NCBI GenBank assembly: GCA_965229705.1
Contig: OZ245922.1
Coordinates: 450,001 to 482,000 of the forward strand
DNA from: Candidatus Saccharimonadota bacterium
Lineage (GTDB): Bacteria; Patescibacteriota; Gracilibacteria; BD1-5; UBA6164
Length of the DNA: 32,000 nucleotides
Direction of reading: 5' to 3'
Part shown: positions 23,617 to 32,000 of the stretch, piece after piece
Layout: every line of letters begins with the position of its first letter
How positions within the stretch are numbered: position 1 is the stretch's first letter
Notes under the pieces: generated by a model
Seen by the model: the letters and a program-made list of their open reading frames with translations, nothing else
What the model was told of the DNA's origin: nothing
The model's database searches: none
Translations under genes and position numbers: made by a program

Positions 23617-24060
23617 ATGAAAAATAAAATATACCAAACTATACTCTGCTTTTTTTTGTTTTCAAGCCTTTGTCCTATGAGCAGCTTTGCAAGTGAAGTA
23701 GATGAGCTCTTTGGTTTTCCTTATAGTGTTGAGGTTTTTTCCCTCCAAATGACCGATAGAGAAGTCCGAGAGTTTGATAATACTGATGTGCAAAAAGCAT
23801 ACAATGACTTTCTGATATTAGATAGTAACATACAAAACGCCCTTATAACTGAGTACCAACTGGGAAATATCAGCTACTACGAGATGCAGGATGTTATCGC
23901 AGCATATAAAAGTTTTGTTTTTTACACTCAGCGGGTGTTTTACTATATCAGCCTTGAAGAAAAAATGCATCGCTCACAAACAACGAGAAACGCTATCTAT
24001 AGTGCCTATGTCAATATGAGAACTAGCTATGAGAGAGTGCAAAATATTTTAGAAAAATAA
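23617..24060 (+). CDS. hypothetical secreted protein (147 aa)
   Basis: Standard-code ORF with the signal-peptide-like N-terminus MKNKIYQTILCFFLFSSLCPMSSFASE. TAA stop. Confidence 0.55.
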   Translation: MKNKIYQTILCFFLFSSLCPMSSFASEVDELFGFPYSVEVFSLQMTDREVREFDNTDVQKAYNDFLILDSNIQNALITEYQLGNISYYEMQDVIAAYKSFVFYTQRVFYYISLEEKMHRSQTTRNAIYSAYVNMRTSYERVQNILEK

Positions 24061-24177
24061 TACCATGACTCAAACCATACTCACGATTACTTTTGAAGGT
24101 CCTCTCCCTACTACCACAAGAGAATTTCGCAGTAGTATCAAATATATACTCCGTCATGGAGGAAAAATTACTCTGAG

Positions 24178-25479
24178 GGTATAGTTCTGAAAAAGTGTGT
24201 AAAAATAGATATGAGGTATGTATGTAAATTATTGTAATAAAAATTTACAGAACAGGAATTCTTTTTTCTCAAAAGAAAGCTACGAGTTCCATTCTTAATG
24301 AATGAAAATCACGTACTTTTTTGAGAGATTTTTGTTTATTCTGTACTGCAAGAAATATAGATATTTCAGCAGATCTCTGAGTAAAGTATACTCTTCTTTT
24401 TCAAATATTAGATTTAATAAGTCCATTAAAATTCTCAATCACATTCGTAGAATATATAAGCTTTCTGAGAGGATAAGAATATTTAAAATACCCTCCCCAT
24501 ACATCAATATTATAAAACCATTCCTGAAGCAAGATACTATATTTTTCCCATTTCTGCTTCATAGCCTCTAAAAACTTGAGAGCCTCCTCTTGAGAAACAG
24601 CGTTATACACTTTCTTAAACTCCATAAAAAATTCTGTTTTATCTTTGTATGAAATGGACTGGAGAAGGTTTCTGACTCTGTGCACGATACAGGGCTGAAC
24701 TTGAGTGTTCGGAAAACAAGATTGTATTGCTTCTTGAAATCCGGCCAGTCCATCAACACAAGCTATGAGAATATCATCTACGCCTCGATTTTTTATACTA
24801 TTTATAATTTCTTGCCATACAGCTGATGATTCTGGTTTTTGCATCACCACAAAGTCTAAAATATCTTTTTCTCCGTATATATTTACTCAGATGATGAAAT
24901 ATACTGGCACACTTTTAATACAGCTTCTGCCACTATGACTCTCAACCTTCATCTTTATATAGGTAGCATCCAGATATACTATTGTGTAAAAATTAAGTAA
25001 GGTTCTTGACTTGAAACCCAGAAGTTCATCATATACGCTGATATTTTTGAGAGCAAATCATTAGAAAATCCAAAACCATATACTTCTGTAAAATACTGTC
25101 TTATATCTTCAAAAGTATTTCATAATCGCATCAGACCAAGTATCTGACTCCAAATGGTATCGAATATTTGTTCGAGTGTTTTTGCTTTTATTTCAGAAAA
25201 AAACACTGTGCCTTCTTCTTTTTTTCAACGGGTACGAGGTATTTCTAAATCCATACGACCAAAGTAGGTTTTAGGGCGTATCTTACGAGTTCCGTTCTTA
25301 TACACATCTACTCGTGATACAAAATCCTCAAATTCTTCGTATATAGCACTCTCTATTGTGCTTTTTAATCTTTGCAATATAGTTTCCATATCCTAAGGGA
25401 TTAAAAAAATAAGGTACATATTTGCATACATACCTTATTTTTTTATCTCTTATTTTACACACTTTTTTGAAACAGTGCC
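24178..25479 (-). mobile_element. IS256-family insertion sequence (1302 bp)
   Basis: The ends are GGTATAGTTCTGAAAAAGTGTGTAAAAATAG and the reverse complement of GGCACTGTTTCAAAAAAGTGTGTAAAATAAG, identical at 22 of 31 positions. It is flanked by the direct repeat ACTCTGAG (24170-24177 and 25480-25487). It encodes a Mutator/IS256-type transposase. Confidence 0.88.
24245..25389 (-). CDS. IS256-family transposase in two overlapping frames (frameshift near 25044-25048)
   Basis: ORF A is 25389..24979 (METILQRLKST...VYGFGFSNDLLSKISAY...). ORF B is 25060..24245 (...VYDELLGFKSRTLLNFYTIVYLDATYIK...IACVDGLAGFQEAIQSCFPNTQVQPCIVHRVRN...). B is in the -1 frame relative to A. The two parts together align with the single ORF of IS256-type transposases as I recall it. 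Confidence 0.8.
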
Positions 25480-26007
25480 ACTCTGAGTGGAGATGAGCAA
25501 TCAAAGAAAGCTGTCTATGATATTATAGCAAAGTTTGAATCAGAGCTTGTGCCTGAATGACTCCAGCAACTTCATAATATTTGTGCGCCAAAACAAGCAT
25601 GATGAGCAGAGAAACCCATGACAATATTTTATCAAAGCTTTTCACTCACAGATGTGAGAGGAGCCATAGAAGTCTTCATGGATGATGAGAAGTTTGAAAA
25701 AGCCAAAGCCACTGAATGACTCTGAGCATTAAGTATTGTGAAGATTATGAAAGCACTTATGCATTTTCCTAAGTATGCTCAATATAATTTTTGTGATGAT
25801 GGCAAAGAACTCTCAGAACTTTTTCCAGGACTTCGCATAGAACTTCCTGATCGCGAAAGCATTCAACAAAAATGAATCAACTCATTCCCACACTGCTTAA
25901 GATTAACTTCTCAAACTCACAAAGATGCGACAGATATTTTTCGAGCTCTATTTACGAGATGAGTTATTATTCCACAAAAAAACTCAGACAATATGGAAGA
26001 GTAATAT

Positions 26008-27108
26008 TTAAACTAATTTAATATCATTTGAGAATGAAATAAAATCTAACTTTGGAGAAACTCATATATTTATATTTTTAACTTTTAATCATTCATTTAC
26101 AATACTAAAATTAAATGAATCATAATTTGGAGTAAATTTTTCAGAAATATTAATAATATTATCGCATATTTTTAACAATGGTTCTGTATCAATATTATAT
26201 ACCCTATATATTATGAATTTTTTACAATCTTTTATAAATCTAAGTTCATTTCAACTAAAAAACATATCTTGTTCAAATTTATATCATGTAGTTTTAACAT
26301 CAGAAAAAATTGACTCTCAATCTTTATCTATTATTTCAAAGTCATAAGGAAGATATGATTCTCCTAAACTATTAAACCATTCAAAACTAGTAATTAATCA
26401 GTTATTTTTTAATTCTTTTAAATAAGTATTAATCAACTCCTCCCCTTTTCTTCAAACTTCTATAAATCTTTTTTTAGCTTTTTCTATATCATATTTTCTA
26501 GTGTTAACTCTATTAATTAACTTAGGTGATAATTCTCATAGTTGAACAATACTTTCTAATTCTTCTAAATACTCAATATTTACCTTATTTATTTTACTAT
26601 TTAGATATTCAATAATGCCTTCAAAATTACTATCTTTTATTCATAAAGACAATTTATCTAGACTATCTCATCATGTAATAAATGATGTTAAGTAATTATA
26701 GTCTTTATCATTTTGTTTAAATAAGAAAAAAATTATATCATTGTTATCTAATCAAAACCACATTAAATACCATTTATTATTAATATCACCATCTACAATT
26801 TCTCTAATCTCTTTTACAACTGAATTCACATTTATTCAAGATAATTCAGATCTATTTCAAGAACGTATTTTAGGACTTCTATATGAGCCATCTGATTTTT
26901 TAATTAAATCTAAAAAAGTAGCTAATTCCTTAACACTATCCTCATAAATGAATTGAGCAAAAGACTGATGATGAGTATTATCTATAAAATCTAATGTATC
27001 TTCGAATAATCATATATGTGTTTGATGACTAGTCTCTCATATTCATAAATCAGCTTCTGAAAGTAATTTACAACCTATTTTTGCACTATCATGTAGTTTA
27101 AAAAACAT
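26008..27108 (-). CDS. candidate restriction endonuclease: EcoRII-N/B3-like N-domain + DUF3883-like PD-(D/E)xK C-domain (366 aa)
   Basis: ATG at 27108 lies 4 nt after the M2 stop; TAA at 26010-26008. The frame was checked line by line. The N-terminus has GCKLLSEADLGIGETSHQTHIGLF (compare EcoRII IKRLSANDTGATGGHQVGLYIP). The C-terminus has GRKGEELINTYL...LPYDFEIIDKDGESIFSDVKTTGYKF...FFSGNELRFIKDCKKFIIYRVYN, which fits the D...(D/E)xK and DUF3883 pattern. Confidence 0.65.
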
Positions 27109-27112
27109 AATT

Positions 27113-28201
27113 CTATTTTATATAATTAAAGTCTATCAAATATCTTAAAACCGAATATACAGTATTAATACTTACTGCATTTCATGCTTGTTTATATAGT
27201 TGGTGATCACTAATTCATACATTTGATGCATTAGTATAAAAATCATATCAAAATCATTGTAATTTTAAAGCTTCCCAAGGAGTTATTTTTCTAATTTTAT
27301 GCTTAATTTCATCATCTTTATCAAATTTATTTTCTAGATATGTATATTTACACTTACTATCTAAAAACTCTTGTGAATAATAATTATCTTGACATGCTCT
27401 ATGCATTTTTACCATTGAGGCAGTCAAAGGTCTTGCTATTAACTGATTTATTTCAGATTTTGACTTAAAAGACTTTGTTCAATTAGATAAAATAGTTGGC
27501 TTTATTTTTTCTGATAAGAAATACTTATCATCATCTAGTTGTAAATCTAATAATCAATCTAACACATCATTGTATATATTAATACTAGAACTATTACTAA
27601 ATCATTTAAAACTTTCTTGAACTAAATTTTCATCAAATTTAGTTCAAGAATCTAAATTTCTCTTAACTGCATAAATATATAATCTTCTCCTTGTTTGAGG
27701 TAATCAATAATCAGAGGTGTTAAATATATCTTCATATACATTATATCAAGAAATTTCTAAAGTAGTTTTTATAATATTATATGTTTCTCAATTATTATGT
27801 GTAAATAGATTTCTAACATTTTCTAATAAAATATATTTTGGCATTTTAACCTCAACTATTTTCATAACGGAAAAAAACAACCCTCATCTATCGTCATTTA
27901 ATCATAATTGCTTTCACATCATGCTAAAAGGTTGACAAGGAAATCATCAAAATAGTATATCAAAATCTTCAATTTTATTAATATTATTATTTTCAACAAA
28001 ATTTACAATATCTCAAATTTCATGTTCTTTATCTGTACAATAATTAGATTTATAAGAATTTGTTGCAAATTTATCAATTTCTGAGAATCACACACATTTT
28101 GTTTCAAATCATAAGTCATTTCCTAATAACTCTAAAGACTTTCTAAATCCTCCAATTCAAGAAAATAAATCTAAAAATTTTATTTGTTTTATCTTTTTCA
28201 T
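27113..28201 (-). CDS. DNA (cytosine-5)-methyltransferase M2 (362 aa)
   Basis: Motifs in order: I DLFSGIGGF, IV GGFPCQPFS, VI LLENV, VIII LPQTRRRLYIYA, IX ITPWEALKLQGF, X AGNAVS. ATG at 28201 and TAG at 27115-27113. The frame was checked line by line. There are many TGA codons, so nothing appears in the track. Confidence 0.9.
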
Positions 28202-28211
28202 AAGTATTTAA

Positions 28212-29609
28212 TTATTTTAAATGCTTAATAATATGTTTTCATATTAATTCTGCTAATTTAACTGGTACAGCATTTCAAATCTGCGCATACCAAGTATTAT
28301 TAGCTCACATAAAAATATAATCATCCGGAAAAGTCTGCAACCTAGCTGATTCTCTCGGACTTAATCATCTCGATTGAGTAGGATGAATATACATATTACA
28401 ATCCATTTTCATATGAGAAGTTATAGTTTTAGAAACCTCTAATTCATGTAATTTATAATATTTATCCTTAAAAATATGATTTCTCTTATTATATGGCATA
28501 ATATCACTTATAGAATCATGTAAAGAATTAGCTCACTGAGGTAATCTAGAAAAAATTTCTATATCTCTTTCATTATTATATCTATTAGTATGATTGAATA
28601 AATAATTAACTGATCTATTGTTTAAATACGATTCATATTTTGTTATAGAATATTTATAGTCTTTTATTTTAAATCAGATAATATCATTTTCTAATTCTGA
28701 ATTATTTTTATGCATTTTAACTCATAAAACTGGTAATCAATCCAATGCATCTTTTAACTTAAAATTTAAACTATTTTCTTTTTCATTAACTATATCTTTA
28801 GTTATATCTTTTGCACTTACATTATCTAATCTACTTCATATTACAAATACTCTTTCTCTATTTTGTGGTATACCAAAGTCTTTTGCATTTAATAACATAA
28901 TTGATATTGAATAATTATTTCATAAATTATTTAAAAAGTCATTTTTAACTTCATCAGATTTATTCATCATTCATTTTACATTTTCCATTACAAAAAACTT
29001 AGGATGAATTAGTTTTAATAATTTTAAATAATATCTATATAACTCATTTCTAGGATCATCTATTACTCTTTGTCTATTTGCCATTGAAAATCATTGACAA
29101 GGAGGTCATCAAACTATTAAGTCTATATTTTCAAAATTAGTCTTATATAATTCAAATTCATCAACTAATTTCCTTATATCATCACAATAATAATTATCTA
29201 ATTTAATATCTCTATTAAAATAATATGATTCAAGAAATTTAGGTTCAATTTCATTAATAAAAACTGGATTAAATCAAACATTCTCCATTCATAAACTTAA
29301 ACCTCAACATCAAGCAAAAGTATCAACAAATTTAAATCTTTTATTTTTATTATCTTGATTCTTACTTATAAATTTCAACAAAGTATCTGATAAGTTTTCC
29401 TTATTTTTAATCAGTGTATAATATAATTGATTTACTCTTTCCCAATCTTTACTTAAAAGTCATTCATTGTAATCTTCAGATAAACAATATGAATAATTCT
29501 CAACTATATTTATTCATTCAATTAACAATAATTTTTCTAAATCTTTTGTTAATCTACCAACCTTTGATTTATAATTATTTTTTAAATATTTTTTATAAAA
29601 CTCAATCAT
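28212..29609 (-). CDS. DNA (cytosine-5)-methyltransferase M1 (465 aa, about 95-aa N-terminal extension)
   Basis: Motifs in order: I DTFAGCGGLSLG, IV GGPPCQGFS, VI VMENV, VIII IPQNRERVFVIG, IX RESARLQTFPDDY, X IGNAVPV. ATG at 29609 and TAA at 28214-28212. The frame was checked line by line. Confidence 0.92.
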
Positions 29610-29770
29610 TTTCTACTTTAATTATATGTCTTTTTAATTATAAATATAAAAAAATACCAAGCATACAAGATGTATTTTAAATACAGCTAATATATACATT
29701 ATATATACATATTTAAAAATCAAGTTTATATTAATAATATATGATCTCTTGACTCTATCGTGTGGTGGAG

Positions 29771-30460
29771 CTACTCTCTCTCCAAGTTATACTCCCCCTC
29801 TTCAATATCACTCACTACCTGCTTGCCCTGAAATGTTATTACTCGTCTCTTCATCTGATTCACAATGTTTTTGTCATGCGTAGCAATGATAATAGTCTTT
29901 CCGTCTTTATGAAGATCATCAAAGATTTTCATAATCTCCTCTGCCGTAACTGGATCAAGATTCCCTGTTGGTTCGTCTCCTATGATGATACTTGGTTCAT
30001 GAACCAATGCTCTCGCGATAGAAACGCGCTGTTTTTCACCACCTGATAATTCTTTTACGGAAGTATCTTTCTTCATCAAGAGCCCTACCTGTTCAAGAGC
30101 TGTTGGAACTTTTTTGTATATTTGAGAATTTTTATATCCACACACCTCCATCGCAAAAGCAACATTTTCAAATACTGTTTTTGACTCCATGAGTTTATAG
30201 TCCTGAAAAATCACTCCAATAGACTTTCGATATGCCAGTAAAAGTTTCTCTGTAAGATTTTTATACAAAAACCCTCCATTATCTAAAACAATATCTCCTC
30301 TCTCTGGAGGAAAATCTCCTATAAGAGAACGGATAAGTGTTGTTTTTCACGATCATGAATGACCGATAAAAAATACAAACTCTCCAGGATGAATTTCAAG
30401 AGAAATATCCCGAAGAACGATTTTGTTTTTAAAACTGAGAGTGAGCCTGTCTATTTTCAT
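29771..30460 (-). CDS. ftsE: cell-division ABC transporter ATP-binding protein FtsE
   Basis: Translation: MKIDRLTLSFKNKIVLRDISLEIHPGEFVFFIGHSGSGKTTLIR (both Gly of the Walker A SGSGK are TGA) ...LSGGEKQRVSIARAL...IIIGDEPTGNLD... TAG at 29773-29771. Confidence 0.88.
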
Positions 30461-30484
30461 TTTTTAGATATAAATCTTCCTTTG

Positions 30485-30535
30485 AATTCCCTCTTTTGAC
30501 GATGAAACACGAAGCTCTTTCGCATTTCCCTAAAG
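30485..30535 (-). repeat. family B repeat, partial copy (one end only)
   Basis: The reverse complement ctttagggaaatgcgaaagagcttcgtgtttcatcgtcaaaagaggg matches the first ~45 nt of the 14645-14792 element, then diverges. Confidence 0.6.
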
Positions 30536-30566
30536 ACTAAAAAGAAATACATAAAAATCAAGAGCA

Positions 30567-32000
30567 TTAGCTTGCTTGTTCTTGTGCTTGCTGCCTTTTC
30601 TTTTCTTCTATTTTTTCGAGTTGTTTCATGCGTTTTTCTTCTTCTTTTTTTTGTTTTAGCTCTTCTTTTCTCTTTTCCCACTCATCTTCTTGTTTTTCGA
30701 TTTCTTGCATGGATTTATTTATTTTTTCCTCTACGAGCTCTTTTTTCTTACAATACCTTTCTCGTGAAACTTGGAGGATATTTTCATACCGCTCTCGAAA
30801 CTCTTCAGGATCTTTTGGATGTGGAGGAAATGTTGCCGCTGAAAAAATAGGAGATGGCATTCCATCTATGAGTTGTTTGAGATATATCGTATACTTTTTT
30901 TGGTTCATCAAGTCTTCTGCCTCTATATCCCCAGCAAAAGCTTCAGAGAGAAGTTTTGCATCATTGTGCCCTACCTGAAAAGACACAAGTGTTCAGACAT
31001 TTCCAAATACGGCTCATCTCACTGTTTCTGTCATTTGATCTATATACTGGTTTGCCATAACAAGATTGAGCTTATATTTACGAGCCTCTGAAAGAATGGT
31101 AGAAAAACTATCTGTAGCAAAGTTCTGAAACTCATCAACATAGAGATAAAAATCCTCTCGCTGATCTTCTGGGATATCTGCCCGACTCATCGCATCAAGC
31201 TGAAACTTCGTCACCATCATCGCTCAAAGCAGACTCGAAGCATCTTCTCAGATTTTTCATTTTGAGAGATTGACAATAATAATCTTCTTTTTATCCATTG
31301 CCCACCGCATAGAAAAAGAATTTTTTGGCTGTCACAATACATTTCTCAAAAGAGTACTTGAGAGAAATTGCCCAACCTTATTGAGTATCGGACCTGCTGT
31401 TTCATTTCTTTGCTGAGGAGTGAGTTTTCCATACTCGTGAGTCCAAAACTTTTTTACTACAGGATCTGTGATTTTTTTTATAACCTTATTTCTATACACT
31501 TCACTGGTAAGCATGAGCGGAATAGAAATCAGTGTCGTATTAGGGTACTCCATCAACGCCAACACCGTATTACGAAGTGTGTGTTCAAGTCTTGGTCACC
31601 AACTATCACCAAAAATTCTTTTAAAAATTCACACCAGTCCCGAAGCAATAAATGGTCGTTGTTCATCAGAAATATTTTCCAGCATATTAAATCCCAAAGG
31701 CCACTGTGTATCACTAGGGTCAAATATAATCGTCGCATTTGTTCTGTTTTTTGGAATGAGACCAATAATTCCTTCTGCCAAATCCCCATGAGGATCAATC
31801 ACGGCAACTCATCGTCATTTTTTAATATCATCGAGAATCATATTCTCTAAAAGTACGGATTTCCCCATACCTGTTTTTCCTATGATATAAGTATGTCTTC
31901 GTCTATCATTTGGTCACATACCAAAACTCATATCTGTACCTCGAAAATTTGTTTTTCCTATAGGGGTCAACTCTGACTCGGGAGAAATATCATCGCTCAG
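30567..32000 (-). CDS. P-loop NTPase of the TraG/VirD4/TrwB (T4SS coupling protein-like, FtsK/HerA-related) type, N-terminus outside the window
   Basis: Open from 32000 to TAA 30569-30567 under table 25; every line was checked. Walker A is IIGKTGMGKSVLL (about 31857-31886). Walker B-like is FYLYVDEFQNF, followed by LVMANQY. The C-terminal ~60 aa form a Lys/Glu-rich tail. Confidence 0.7.

Larger units (their letters stand above)
24065..26004 (+). pseudogene. hypothetical gene (209 aa when restored) disrupted by the IS256-family insertion
   Basis: Exon-like parts 24065-24177 and 25488-26004 join in frame (...GGKITLSGDEQSKK...) once the IS and one copy of ACTCTGAG are removed (630 nt, TAA 26002-26004). 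As it stands, the 5' part runs into TAG 24182-24184 inside the IS. Confidence 0.75.

Noticed and set aside
24170-25487. The IS target duplication ACTCTGAG resembles the CTCTGAGAAAC ends of family A repeats, hinting that the IS mobilises them.
   Set aside because: The IS ends (GGTATAGTT.../GGCACTGTT...) do not resemble the repeat ends. CTC-TGA (Leu-Gly) is a common codon pair in this genome, so a 7-nt match is likely coincidence.
26741-29680. Plus-strand ORFs in the AT-rich island (26741..26947, 27717..27935, 29414..29680).
   Set aside because: They are antisense to the nuclease, M2 and M1 genes. They are Ile/Leu/Phe/Asn-rich, as expected from AT-rich antisense sequence, and have no motifs.
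29610-29770. A controller (C) protein gene or operator upstream of the R-M operon; there is a tandem atatatacat motif near 29690-29715.
   Set aside because: No ORF of useful length is open on either strand in this 161-nt spacer. The short AT repeat is compatible with plain promoter-region low complexity.
16628-30681. Track ORFs 16628..16855 and 30457..30681 share a peptide (…KNFVFHRQ… versus …KSFVFHRQ…), suggesting a small protein family.
   Set aside because: The similarity comes from the family B DNA repeat read in one frame. Other copies are in the opposite orientation or truncated, and the frames are not conserved.
30572-31850. Long plus-strand ORFs in the track (30572..30850, 30628..30978, 31368..31850, 31468..31791).
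   Set aside because: They are antisense shadows of the minus-strand ATPase gene, which is open across the whole region. They have low-complexity or Cys/Ser/Phe-rich compositions and no motifs.

Overview
This is low-GC bacterial DNA that can only be read with translation table 25 (TGA = Gly), the code of Gracilibacteria and Absconditabacteria in the CPR. The supplied standard-code ORF track cuts every conserved gene into pieces at TGA. I re-read the frames by hand with TGA = Gly and checked them codon by codon for TAA/TAG. This gives about 30 tightly packed genes: map, a Xer-type recombinase, one ORF fusing pth to murC, secD, rlmN, a pseudopilin-like protein, a 1358-aa orphan ORF, rseP, an HD hydrolase, tgt, a MOP-type flippase, rsmA/ksgA, an Hsp20, rluD, a recO-like gene, a DnaJ/CbpA-type J-protein, ftsE, and a TraG/VirD4-like P-loop ATPase cut by the window end. 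The accessory part lies at 24.1-29.8 kb. A 1302-bp IS256-family element with imperfect 31-bp inverted repeats and an 8-bp target duplication splits a 209-aa (210-codon) gene. Next to it, a very AT-rich island carries a compact minus-strand operon of two C5 cytosine DNA methyltransferases plus a nuclease candidate. That candidate has an EcoRII-N/B3-like N-domain and a DUF3883-like PD-(D/E)xK C-domain. This restriction-modification system is completely invisible in the standard-code track. Two families of structured ~150-bp MITE/REP-like repeats fill intergenic gaps: six full or partial copies in both orientations, one family carrying a G-quadruplex motif. I saw no rRNA, tRNA or CRISPR array.
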